Virus record (IMG/VR): IMGVR_UViG_3300029305_003246
Location: 71,414-135,413 of that record
Reading direction: 5' to 3' (one strand)
DNA length: 64,000 nucleotides
From: a virus
Taxonomy: Duplodnaviria; Caudoviricetes
Both the position numbers and the translations under genes were made by a program. This document shows positions 27,981 through 37,278 of this stretch, one piece after another. The notes beneath the pieces were generated by a model that was not told the origin of the DNA, searched no databases, and saw nothing but the letters and a program-made list of their open reading frames with translations. Positions within the stretch are counted from its first letter, which is position 1. Each line of letters opens with the position of its first letter.

Positions 27981-30764
27981 ATGGCAGAAATAAAAATTCT
28001 GAAAGAAAATGGTAAGGATATTATACCAGTTACTCATGAAAAAGCAGTAGTTGACGATAATGGGGTTTCCTTAAAAAATAAATTAAAAGCATTAGAGGAT
28101 AATAAACTAGAACTAGTGAACGTTGATGGTACTGTTGATGATGTAAATGTTAAAGGCGAAGATGAGAGAATTGGTGAATTAGAAAATCTTCAAACTGAAA
28201 ATAAAGAATCTATTGTCGGTGCATTAAATGAACTTTTTCAAGATGTCGATAGTGGAAAACAACTCATAGCCGACGCTATCGACGACGAAAGCATTACGAA
28301 AGATTCAACATTTGGTGCTATGAGTGAGGCTATAACAAATATAAATTCTGAGTTATCTACTGTTAATGAAGAGTTATCTACTGTTAATGAAGAATTAACT
28401 TCTATTAATAATGAAATAAATAGTTCTATAAATAACTCACGTCAAGCTTTGACTAACTATGATATCAGCTATGATACAAATTCTTCATTTTCCGATTTAA
28501 ACCAATCTTTAATATTAGCAAATCAGCATGAAAATGGGATAAAAACGATAAAAGGTCACCATACAGCTTTTATGGTGAAAAAAGACGGTACAATTTGGGG
28601 TATGGGTTTTAATCAATCCTATCAGTTAGGTATAGGTAGTAACTACAATGCTATTGAGTGGACTAAATTACCTATTGATAATGTTAAAGATGTATTTTAT
28701 ACACTAGATAATACAATAGTATTAAAAAATGATAATACAATATGGGGTTGTGGAAAAAATCAATATGGTGAACTAGGTTTAGGACATAATAGGTATGTTT
28801 ATACTTTCACCAAGTTATATGATAATGTAGAAACTTTAAGTATGGGAGAAACTCATACTGTAATTAAGACTTTAGCAAATTCACTTTATTCCACTGGTCG
28901 AAATAATTCAGGTCAATTATGTCAAGGTGATACTACTGATAGAAATACTTTCACTCATATATCCACTAATGCATCTTTCACAAAACAAATAGCATGTTCT
29001 TCCTCTAATACTTATATACTGAAAGCAAATGGTGATGTTTATTCTGCAGGTGGTAATGCGTATTACCAATTAGCAACAGGTAGTACAGATACTTCATTAG
29101 TTCAAACTACTTTAACGAAAATCAGTTCTGTATCTAAAATCAGTTATATTGATTGTGGTGATAACCATGTTTGTGCATTAGACCATGTGGGCACTTTATA
29201 TACTGCAGGTGATAATACTTATGGCCAATTAGGTAGAACAGGAAATGCTCATACTTTTACAAGTGCACAAACTAAAATTAAAAAGGTTGTATGTGGAGCG
29301 TATCATACCGTTGCTCTTAATAGTAGCAATATTGTATTAACAGTTGGTGCGAATAGCAATGGTCAATTAGGTAATTCAAATACTACAGGTTCTTCTACAT
29401 TTATTAATACAGGGAAAAAAGCATTTGATATTTATGCATTAAAATATTCAACATTCTATTTAGGTGCTGATTGTAAATTATATGCTTGTGGAAAGAATAA
29501 TTATTATCAATTAGGATTTCTTATTTCAGGAGACCAAACTAGTTTTATAGATACTCAAATGTTACTGGATATAAAACCTTCCAATAATGTCTTAAAATCA
29601 AGTATAATATCAGCTTTAACGACGGCATCAATTCCATTTATGAATACTGAGTCTTTAACTAAGTTAGTTCGAAGAACTAAATCTTTCAAGAAGATTTGTG
29701 CTAAATATAACTCAACTGTTTTATTAGATTCATTTGGTACTCTTTGGGTATGTGGATTTAACCTTTATAATCAGTTAGCACTTGACCCATCTTATAAAGG
29801 CAATGAAGTATTTGGATTCCATCAATCAATCTCAGGTGTTAAAGATTTCTCATTCTCAGGTGATTCATTATATTTCCTTAAATATGATAATTCTCTTTGG
29901 GTATGTGGAAGATCAGTTTATGGTCAGTTAGGATTAGGTGATACAACTACTCAATACAGTCCAGTTCGTGCTAATGTTGGTAATATATCTAATATTAAAG
30001 AGGTAGCATGTGGCAAAGGTCATACTTTTATTATAACTGAAACAGGCAAGCTTTATGCATCAGGTAGTAACAGTAAGGGACAACTAGGATTAGGTGATAC
30101 TACTCAAAGAACTACATTCACTTATGTTTCATCTTATGCAAATTATGTCAGCAAAGTTGCTTGTGGGGACGATTTCTCTTTTATTTTACAAGGTGATGGT
30201 CAATTATATGCTTGTGGTAATAATCAGTATGGTCAATTAGGATTAGGTGATACTAATAATAGAAGTAATTTCACTAAAGTTACAAGTATGGGGTCTGATG
30301 TTCAAGATGTTTGTTGTGGTATGAATTATACTTACGTTAAAAAGAAAGATGGAACAATTTGGTGTTGTGGAAGCAACTCAGGTGGTCAGTTATGTCAAGG
30401 CGATACTACTAATAGAAATGTATTTACTAAGGTCAATGTATCATCTATTGATAGAGTTGTTTGTGGGGGATTATTTGTATTCTTTATAGGTACAGATAAG
30501 ACTCTAAAATGTTGTGGAAGTAACTATTTCGGCCAGTTAGGAGTTGGCTCTAGTGGTTCAAGTGCAACCAAAACATCTATAACATCTGTAACTAGTGTAA
30601 CTAATGTAATAGATGTTACAGCAGGTGATTATCATACTATCGTTTTAACTGATGGTGGAATATGTAAGAAATTATATGCTTGTGGAAATTATCAGTATGG
30701 TCAATTAGGGATATCAACATCTTCTGTTATACCGAATTTAACTGAAGTTAATATAATTTTTTAA
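27981..30764 (+). CDS. RBP 4: stalk + two RCC1 propeller regions; contains -1 frameshift cassette
   Basis: Multiple CG.N.YGQLG repeats; shared ENG..IIPVTHE.AV N-terminus. Confidence 0.85.
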   Translation: MAEIKILKENGKDIIPVTHEKAVVDDNGVSLKNKLKALEDNKLELVNVDGTVDDVNVKGEDERIGELENLQTENKESIVGALNELFQDVDSGKQLIADAIDDESITKDSTFGAMSEAITNINSELSTVNEELSTVNEELTSINNEINSSINNSRQALTNYDISYDTNSSFSDLNQSLILANQHENGIKTIKGHHTAFMVKKDGTIWGMGFNQSYQLGIGSNYNAIEWTKLPIDNVKDVFYTLDNTIVLKNDNTIWGCGKNQYGELGLGHNRYVYTFTKLYDNVETLSMGETHTVIKTLANSLYSTGRNNSGQLCQGDTTDRNTFTHISTNASFTKQIACSSSNTYILKANGDVYSAGGNAYYQLATGSTDTSLVQTTLTKISSVSKISYIDCGDNHVCALDHVGTLYTAGDNTYGQLGRTGNAHTFTSAQTKIKKVVCGAYHTVALNSSNIVLTVGANSNGQLGNSNTTGSSTFINTGKKAFDIYALKYSTFYLGADCKLYACGKNNYYQLGFLISGDQTSFIDTQMLLDIKPSNNVLKSSIISALTTASIPFMNTESLTKLVRRTKSFKKICAKYNSTVLLDSFGTLWVCGFNLYNQLALDPSYKGNEVFGFHQSISGVKDFSFSGDSLYFLKYDNSLWVCGRSVYGQLGLGDTTTQYSPVRANVGNISNIKEVACGKGHTFIITETGKLYASGSNSKGQLGLGDTTQRTTFTYVSSYANYVSKVACGDDFSFILQGDGQLYACGNNQYGQLGLGDTNNRSNFTKVTSMGSDVQDVCCGMNYTYVKKKDGTIWCCGSNSGGQLCQGDTTNRNVFTKVNVSSIDRVVCGGLFVFFIGTDKTLKCCGSNYFGQLGVGSSGSSATKTSITSVTSVTNVIDVTAGDYHTIVLTDGGICKKLYACGNYQYGQLGISTSSVIPNLTEVNIIF
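28232..28325 (+). other. candidate -1 ribosomal frameshift signal, type B pseudoknot
   Basis: A_CTT_TTT 28232-38; spacer CAAGAT; S1 GTCGATAGTG(28245-54)/CGCTATCGAC(28274-83); S2 ACTCATAGC(28262-70)/GCTATGAGT(28317-25); -1 stop TAG 28250-52. Confidence 0.75.
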
Positions 30765-30776
30765 GGAGTTTTAATT

Positions 30777-30953
30777 ATGCCGAAACCTTCATATCGAGAT
30801 GATTCAGGAGCTATTAATTTCCTTCCCACTACTGAAGAAAAAAGTCAATTACAAATAAGACGTGAAATAAAACAATTACAAGAAAGTCTAGATAAAATAA
30901 ATACTGACTTAGATTTAATTAAACAAATGTTATACTTAATATTATCTAAATAA
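30777..30953 (+). CDS. small coiled-coil virion-associated protein (58 aa, not in ORF track)
   Basis: AAGGAG RBS; MPKPSYRDDSGAINF…EIKQLQESLDKINTDLDLIKQML (RD.SGAI + coiled coil). Confidence 0.6.
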   Translation: MPKPSYRDDSGAINFLPTTEEKSQLQIRREIKQLQESLDKINTDLDLIKQMLYLILSK

Positions 30954-30983
30954 AGTGAGTTCAAGTAACTCACTTTATTCGTT
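30952..30983 (+). promoter_or_regulatory. terminator hairpin fused with GTTCA-N16-CGTT promoter
   Basis: AAAGTGAGTT-caagt-AACTCACTTT; GTTCA 30959-63, CGTT 30980-83. Confidence 0.7.
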
Positions 30984-31019
30984 TATATAAGTAATATTGA
31001 TATAATAAGGAGGTAACAT

Positions 31020-33386
31020 ATGGTAAGAATTAATGTAGAAGATTGGTTAAACAATAATGAGTTGGCCATAAATATTTGGAAAAGTAAATATCAATATAAT
31101 AATGAATCTTTTAATGAGTGGTTAGATAGAGTTTCAGGTGGAGATGAAGAACTTAAGCAAAGAATGTTACAAAAGAAATTCTTATTTGGAGGAAGAATAT
31201 TATCTAATAGGGGATTAGAAAAGCACGGTAAAAAAGTTACTATGTCAAATTGTTATGTAGTAAAAAACCCAGAGGATAATATAGAAGATATTTATAGATG
31301 TTGTTCTGATATAGCAAGAACATTCTCCATGGGTGGTGGATGTGGTATAGTTTTAGATAAACTTAGACCACGTGGAGCTAATGTGAATAATTCTGCTAGA
31401 ACTACTACGGGAGCAGTATCTTTTATGGAGACATTTTCTAAAGTATCTGAAACTATAGGTCAAAACGGTAGACGTGGAGCCTTGATGATAGCTTTAGATG
31501 TAAACCATCCAGACATAATGGAGTTTATCGATATTAAAACTGATTTAAATAAAATACTAGGAGCTAATATTTCAGTTAAAGTCGATGATGAATTTATGCG
31601 AAAAGTATTAGCAGATGAAACGCACGTATGCGAATTTTTCGTAAAAGAAACTGATGAAGTAATACGAAAAGAACTAAAAGCACGTGAGGTATTCGAACGT
31701 CTAGTATCTAACAATTATGATTATGCCGAACCAGGAATATTATATTGGGATACTTTCAATAAGTATTCTTTATTAAATAACTTTATTAAGGAAGGATTTT
31801 TCGAGTATGGTGGAGTTAATCCTTGTGCCGAAGAGCCATTACCAGAAGGGGGAGCTTGTTTATTAGGCTCTATAAACTTGAGTGAATATGTAATTAGCCC
31901 ATTTACTGATGATGCCTTCTTTGATACTTATGAGTTTGTTAATGATATTCCTATTTATATAAAAGCATTAAATGACGTACTAGATGAAAATGTAGATATA
32001 CATCCTTTAGATTATCAATGTCAAGTTGCGAAAGATTGGAGACAAATAGGTCTTGGTGTTATGGGTATAGCCGATGTATTTATAAAAATGGGTCTTAGAT
32101 ATGGCTCAAAAGAGTCTATAGCCTTACTAGATAGAATAGGCCATGTTTTAGCATATACAGCTCTTCATACTTCATGCCAAATGAATAAAGAGGCCGAAGT
32201 CCCAGCGAAGTTCTGTGAGGATATACCAGATTATTTAGCATATTCATACTTCGTTCAAGAGCATTCAAATTTAGATACTGATAATTATGCTCTATTTGAA
32301 GATATAAGACAACACGGTCTGTATAATTCTGCATTATTAACGGTAGCACCTACAGGTTCTTTATCAACTATGCTAGGTATATCAGGAGGAATTGAACCTA
32401 TATTTGCCAAGTCTTATGAAAGAAGAACTATAAGTTTACACGAAGAGGAAACTACTTACAAAGTTTATACTCCTATAATACAAAAGTTAATGGATAAATT
32501 AGGTATAACTAATGAAGAAGATTTACCAGACTATATAGTAACAGCTCACGACTTAGACCCATATGAAAGGGTTAAATTACAAGCTACTATGCAAAAGCAT
32601 ATAGATGCGAGTATATCTTCAACTATAAACTTGAACGAAAATGCTACTAAAGAAGATGTATTTAATATCTATATTGAAGCTTGGAAAGAAGGTTGCAAAG
32701 GTATAACTATTTTTAGAAATAATTGTAAAAGAACAGCTATACTAACTACTGAGCCTTCTAAGGAAGAGAAGGTCGCAGAAGTGGAAGCAGTTCCTTCAGA
32801 TATTATTCCTAGAGGTTATATCTTACCAACTAATGATAATGTGATAGGCTTAAAGAAAAAACTTTCAGGAGGTTGTGGTTCTTTACACTTACAAGTTTAT
32901 TTCGATGTAGAGGCAGGTAAGATGACTGAAGTATTTATTAATAAAGGTGGTGGAGGTGGATGTAATTCCAACTTAAATGCTTTATCTAGAATGATTTCTT
33001 TAGCACTAAGGGGTGGTATAGATATTCACGATATAGCAGACCAACTTGATTCTACAATAAATTGTCCTTCATTCGCTAGTGCTAGAGCTAAAGGTATTCA
33101 ATTGTCTAAAGGTTCTTCATGTGCTAACTCTGTAGGAAAAGCCTTAGTGGACTTAAATAAAGAATTCCAAAAGATGTTTGCTTTAATGCAAGAAGATGTT
33201 GACGAAGTAGAGGAAGTAGTTCCTCATAATATTGATGCTTATGCCGAATATAAAGCCTTTATTAAAAAGCATGGTGAGATAGAGTTTATGAAAGCATATC
33301 ATCTATGTCCTCAATGTTTTTCTCCTATAGAGGCATCAGGTGGTTGCATGAGTTGTCCTCAGTGCAGTTACTCTAAATGTGAATAA
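31020..33386 (+). CDS. nrdJ: class II (adenosylcobalamin-dependent) ribonucleotide reductase with C-terminal TSCPD-type/Zn-ribbon domain
   Basis: FLFGGRI, SNCY, GRRGALM, ANISV, NPCAE, GGACLLGS, TVAPTG, ISSTIN, KGITIFR; C-terminal CPQC…CPQC; no adjacent beta subunit. Confidence 0.9.
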   Translation: MVRINVEDWLNNNELAINIWKSKYQYNNESFNEWLDRVSGGDEELKQRMLQKKFLFGGRILSNRGLEKHGKKVTMSNCYVVKNPEDNIEDIYRCCSDIARTFSMGGGCGIVLDKLRPRGANVNNSARTTTGAVSFMETFSKVSETIGQNGRRGALMIALDVNHPDIMEFIDIKTDLNKILGANISVKVDDEFMRKVLADETHVCEFFVKETDEVIRKELKAREVFERLVSNNYDYAEPGILYWDTFNKYSLLNNFIKEGFFEYGGVNPCAEEPLPEGGACLLGSINLSEYVISPFTDDAFFDTYEFVNDIPIYIKALNDVLDENVDIHPLDYQCQVAKDWRQIGLGVMGIADVFIKMGLRYGSKESIALLDRIGHVLAYTALHTSCQMNKEAEVPAKFCEDIPDYLAYSYFVQEHSNLDTDNYALFEDIRQHGLYNSALLTVAPTGSLSTMLGISGGIEPIFAKSYERRTISLHEEETTYKVYTPIIQKLMDKLGITNEEDLPDYIVTAHDLDPYERVKLQATMQKHIDASISSTINLNENATKEDVFNIYIEAWKEGCKGITIFRNNCKRTAILTTEPSKEEKVAEVEAVPSDIIPRGYILPTNDNVIGLKKKLSGGCGSLHLQVYFDVEAGKMTEVFINKGGGGGCNSNLNALSRMISLALRGGIDIHDIADQLDSTINCPSFASARAKGIQLSKGSSCANSVGKALVDLNKEFQKMFALMQEDVDEVEEVVPHNIDAYAEYKAFIKKHGEIEFMKAYHLCPQCFSPIEASGGCMSCPQCSYSKCE

Positions 33387-33394
33387 TTTACATT

Positions 33395-33426
33395 AAGGGA
33401 GTTATACAACTCCCTTTTATATCGTT
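33395..33426 (+). promoter_or_regulatory. terminator hairpin with degenerate promoter (GTTAT-N17-CGTT)
   Basis: AAGGGAGTT-atac-AACTCCCTT+TT; CGTTTATA 33423. Confidence 0.55.
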
Positions 33427-33456
33427 TATATTAATGAAGTGAGGTGATAAGGTAAA

Positions 33457-34764
33457 ATGAATTTTGAAAGACTTGATGAAGCTAAAGAAACTAAAAAAGG
33501 TATTTTAGCATCATACAAAGCAACTTTTATGGAGTTTAATAAGGTTAATGAAAATAATAGAATTTATTCTAGCGATATAGCTAAAAATAGAATATTAACT
33601 AATGAAACTAAACAGGCCATAAAAGAAAATAAATTACTAGGTGAAATAAATCATCCAAAAGAGCGATTCGATGTTGATTATGAAAAAGTTTGCATAAATA
33701 CTACTTCGCTATACTATGATGAAGCAACTGATTCTTTAAAAGGGACTTTCGATATTCTAGATACTCCTATGGGTAGAATATTAAATACTTTAGTTGAGTA
33801 TGGAACTCATATTTCCTTATCGGCAAGAGCTATGGGTAAAACTAAAACAGGAAAAGGTGGAGTTAATGAAGTTATGGAAGATAGTTATATGTTTAAAACT
33901 TTCGACGCCGTAACAACTCCAGGATTCTCTATAGCTACAATAGACCCTTCTAAAGACTCTATTAATGAATCTTTATGCGATTTATACGAGTCTTTTACTG
34001 AAGATGAAAAGGCACAGGTATCGCCTTTATTAGAGTCTATTGGTATGCCAAAGGATTTTCTATATTCAAGCACAAGTCCTCAAGCTAATGAGGATAATGC
34101 TAATATAGATAGTGAACCAGTATCTGAAGATAAGTCAGATATGCAAAACTTAATAGCCGAATATGAAGCTATAATAGATATATTAAAAAGTCAACTTAAC
34201 GATAAGGATGCGAATATATCTGCTATGAAGGAAGAATATTCTGCTATAATTGACGTTTTACAAACTTCTAAAGAAAAAGAAGTTGATAAATTAAATACAT
34301 CTATCGATGAATATAAACATGCAATAGAAACTTATTCGTTATCTTTAAAAATGTCTAATGAAAAGATAACTTCTTTAACTTCTGAATTAAGCGAGTCTAG
34401 AAATAAAATAGATAAATTAGAATCTGAATTAAAAGTAGTTTACGAATCTTTTAATAACCGTTTAAATGAATTAACTACTGTTAATGAATCAATGTTAGGT
34501 GACGTTGAATTCTTCTCGTCTGAAGTAGTTAAGTCAAATGAAGATTATAACTCGCTATTAGAAGAATATAAGGTACTTGAGGCAAAATATACTAAAGCCT
34601 TAGAAGATTTGAAAAAAGATGAATTCAAACTTCAGTCAAATCTTATATCTGAAGGCGAGGCTAATCTAACACTTATAAATGTTATAACTGAATCAAAAGA
34701 GGTTGATAAACCAATTGATTCACTTACTTTAAATCTTTTAAATAAAATAAACAATAAAAATTAG
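33457..34764 (+). CDS. prohead core protease (T4 gp21-like) fused to coiled-coil scaffold
   Basis: NENNRIY, LGEINHP, ILDTPMGRIL, SLSARAMG, TFDAVTTPG; acidic coiled-coil C-terminal half. Confidence 0.88.
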   Translation: MNFERLDEAKETKKGILASYKATFMEFNKVNENNRIYSSDIAKNRILTNETKQAIKENKLLGEINHPKERFDVDYEKVCINTTSLYYDEATDSLKGTFDILDTPMGRILNTLVEYGTHISLSARAMGKTKTGKGGVNEVMEDSYMFKTFDAVTTPGFSIATIDPSKDSINESLCDLYESFTEDEKAQVSPLLESIGMPKDFLYSSTSPQANEDNANIDSEPVSEDKSDMQNLIAEYEAIIDILKSQLNDKDANISAMKEEYSAIIDVLQTSKEKEVDKLNTSIDEYKHAIETYSLSLKMSNEKITSLTSELSESRNKIDKLESELKVVYESFNNRLNELTTVNESMLGDVEFFSSEVVKSNEDYNSLLEEYKVLEAKYTKALEDLKKDEFKLQSNLISEGEANLTLINVITESKEVDKPIDSLTLNLLNKINNKN

Positions 34765-34779
34765 GAGGCTAAAATTATT

Positions 34780-36159
34780 ATGAATAACAACTTAAATTCT
34801 ATGGATTTATATAGAAGCAATTTTGTTCAACAATTAGTTGAAGCTTATGACCCATTTATACAAGCAGTGGCTAACCACAAGCCAAATATGAAGCCAGAAG
34901 AGGCATCTAAATTAGCAGTATTATTACACAATACTCAAACAGCTTTACAACATATGAACGAGGCTACTCAACCTATAGACGTTCAAAACTTTAAGAAACA
35001 AGCATTAGCATTAGTTTCAGCAGTAATACCTAACTTAATAGCAGAAGAGTTAGTTACAGTTCAACCACTTCAATTAAAAGTTGGTCAAATATTCTTCTTA
35101 AAATATATGTATGGAAGCGATAAAGGACAAGTAAGAAAAGGTCAAGTTGCTTTCGATAGATATGGTAGACCAGAAAATGTTATAAACTATTCTAGTGAAA
35201 TAGTTGAAGGTGAAGAATTTGCTACGGGTAACGGTGCAGATGTTCACTTCGAAGGAAACTTAGCATATATAAGAGTTAGACATATAGATGCTATCAATGG
35301 AATAGCAGTTAAATGTGACGAAGCAGGTAACATCGAAGGTGTAGGTGTTAGAGGTCATGTTGATTTAGAAACAGGTAGAATGGAATTAGATTTCGACGTT
35401 GCTATAGAAGATGGAGCAGTAGTTGAAATAGATTATCAATACGATTTAGAATCAGTATTACCAAATACTATACCAGAAGTTCAATTACACTTAAGTGAAA
35501 CTACTCTTAAAGCTAGACCTAGAAAACTAAAAACTTTATACAGCTTTGATGCAGGTCAAGATTTAATGAGACAACAAGGTGTAGATATAGACGAAAGTTT
35601 ATTAGAAGCAGCAGTTAACTCTATAAGAGCAGAAATAGATGCAGAAATAATAAATGACCTTTGGGTTCAAGCAGGATTAACTTCTACTTGGAATAATGTT
35701 TGGGATAAATCTTCAGGATTATCTAAACGTGAATATAATATGACTTTCATAGATGAAATAACAGCAGCAGGAAATGCTATGTTTGAAGTAACAAGAAGAT
35801 GTCAACCTAACTTCTTAGTAGTAGGTAGATTAGGAGCTGACGCTTTAGATTCAATAGGTGCACCAAGATTCCAAGCAGTTCCAAATGTTGGAGGTACAGG
35901 AGCATTCTATGCAGGTATGTTAGATGGTAGAATAAGAGTTTATAAAAACCCTTACTTTAGAGCAGAACAATACTTATTAGGTTATAGAGGAGATACTTTA
36001 ATAGATGCAGGTTATGTATATGCTCCATATTTACCAATAATGACTACTAACTTATTAATGATGGAAGACTTCGTTGGTAGAAGAGGTTATGCAACTTCTT
36101 ATGCTAAGAAAATGTTACAACCACAATTATACATCAAAGGTACTATAATAACTGAGTAA
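34780..36159 (+). CDS. major capsid protein (T4 gp23-like)
   Basis: PNLIAEELVTVQPL, ARPRKLK, QDL, EIDAEII, GRIRVYKNPY, DAGYVYAPYLP, RRGYATSYA. Confidence 0.92.
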   Translation: MNNNLNSMDLYRSNFVQQLVEAYDPFIQAVANHKPNMKPEEASKLAVLLHNTQTALQHMNEATQPIDVQNFKKQALALVSAVIPNLIAEELVTVQPLQLKVGQIFFLKYMYGSDKGQVRKGQVAFDRYGRPENVINYSSEIVEGEEFATGNGADVHFEGNLAYIRVRHIDAINGIAVKCDEAGNIEGVGVRGHVDLETGRMELDFDVAIEDGAVVEIDYQYDLESVLPNTIPEVQLHLSETTLKARPRKLKTLYSFDAGQDLMRQQGVDIDESLLEAAVNSIRAEIDAEIINDLWVQAGLTSTWNNVWDKSSGLSKREYNMTFIDEITAAGNAMFEVTRRCQPNFLVVGRLGADALDSIGAPRFQAVPNVGGTGAFYAGMLDGRIRVYKNPYFRAEQYLLGYRGDTLIDAGYVYAPYLPIMTTNLLMMEDFVGRRGYATSYAKKMLQPQLYIKGTIITE

Positions 36160-36166
36160 TTTTATA

Positions 36167-36197
36167 GAAGGAATAGGACGTTGTTCCTATTCCTTTT
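36167..36197 (+). terminator. intrinsic terminator after MCP
   Basis: AAGGAATAGGA…TCCTATTCCTT+TTT. Confidence 0.8.
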
Positions 36198-36217
36198 TGC
36201 ATTATGGAGGTGATGTA

Positions 36218-36613
36218 GTGTATAAAGTTACTATACAAAATATTAATCAAATATATTTCTCTTTACAAGACCATAAAGGGAAAAGAATATCTTTAACTCA
36301 ATATGAAATGTTAGTATTTAATGGTCTGTCTCAATCTGAGGCTAATTCTTATAAAAAATATATACCTTTAGGACTTTCAGTTATTATTCAAGAAGATAAT
36401 TCGTTCATATGCACTGACTACAAGGTGGTTGAAACTGTTGAGGTTAAGCCAGAAATCGTTGAAGTCAACAAGTCCTTTAATTATTCTATTGAAGATTTAA
36501 AATTATTCAAAAGGGAAGATTTAAGAGCCTTATGTCTTGATGTTAATATAGATATAAAAAGAAAAACTAAAGCAGAATTGATTGAAGAGTTGGTGAACTT
36601 CTATGGACTATAG
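36218..36613 (+). CDS. putative head-associated protein with C-terminal HeH/Rho-N-like motif
   Basis: GGAGGTG RBS before GTG 36218; LKxxKREDLRAL…KTKAELIEEL; N-domain similar to ORF 60755. Confidence 0.6.
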   Translation: MYKVTIQNINQIYFSLQDHKGKRISLTQYEMLVFNGLSQSEANSYKKYIPLGLSVIIQEDNSFICTDYKVVETVEVKPEIVEVNKSFNYSIEDLKLFKREDLRALCLDVNIDIKRKTKAELIEELVNFYGL

Positions 36614-37262
36614 AGATGCCATCGAAAATGTTAAGTATTCTTTAGGATACCCAGCTATTAAGCTAGAGATAGATGACGATGTAATTGACTCTTTTTTCAT
36701 GTTAGCTTTAACGAAAGCAGTTGATTATTCTAATCATACTCAAGCAGTTTCCAAGCCTATGCAAGAAGTTATATACATGCCCGAGGCACTTGCAGTAGTA
36801 AGAGTAAGTGATACTGATTCTATAGTAACCGAAATAGATGATACAGCTTTATTTAGTTACTACTATTCATCACGAGAATTTAACACTAACGGTTACAAGA
36901 ATTTATTAATCACTCAAGCTCGTTCATCTTTTTTATATTCCAACGTGAATAAAGGTTTTAAATTTTATAATAACAAATTATATTTATATAACTACAATGG
37001 AAAAGTTACAGTAGAATATATTCCTAAGTCTATGCAGTTTCACGAGTTAGAATCAAACTTACAGTCTTGGGTTATTAAATATACTAAATGCCTATGCAAA
37101 GAAGCATTAGGTCGTATAAGAAGTAAATATAAATCAAACTCAGGACCATTTGAATTAGATGGTGATACTCTACTTAATGAATATAGTGAGGAGCGTACTC
37201 AATTAGAAGATGAGTTGTCTACTTCTCAAAATGGATTTTTCTTTGTAGATACTGATAATTAA
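36603..37262 (+). CDS. neck/head completion protein (T4 gp13-like)
   Basis: SLGYPAIKLEID; WVIKYTKCLCKEALGRIRSKY…ELDGDTL. Confidence 0.75.
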   Translation: MDYRDAIENVKYSLGYPAIKLEIDDDVIDSFFMLALTKAVDYSNHTQAVSKPMQEVIYMPEALAVVRVSDTDSIVTEIDDTALFSYYYSSREFNTNGYKNLLITQARSSFLYSNVNKGFKFYNNKLYLYNYNGKVTVEYIPKSMQFHELESNLQSWVIKYTKCLCKEALGRIRSKYKSNSGPFELDGDTLLNEYSEERTQLEDELSTSQNGFFFVDTDN

Positions 37263-37278
37263 AAGGAGGTACTCATTA

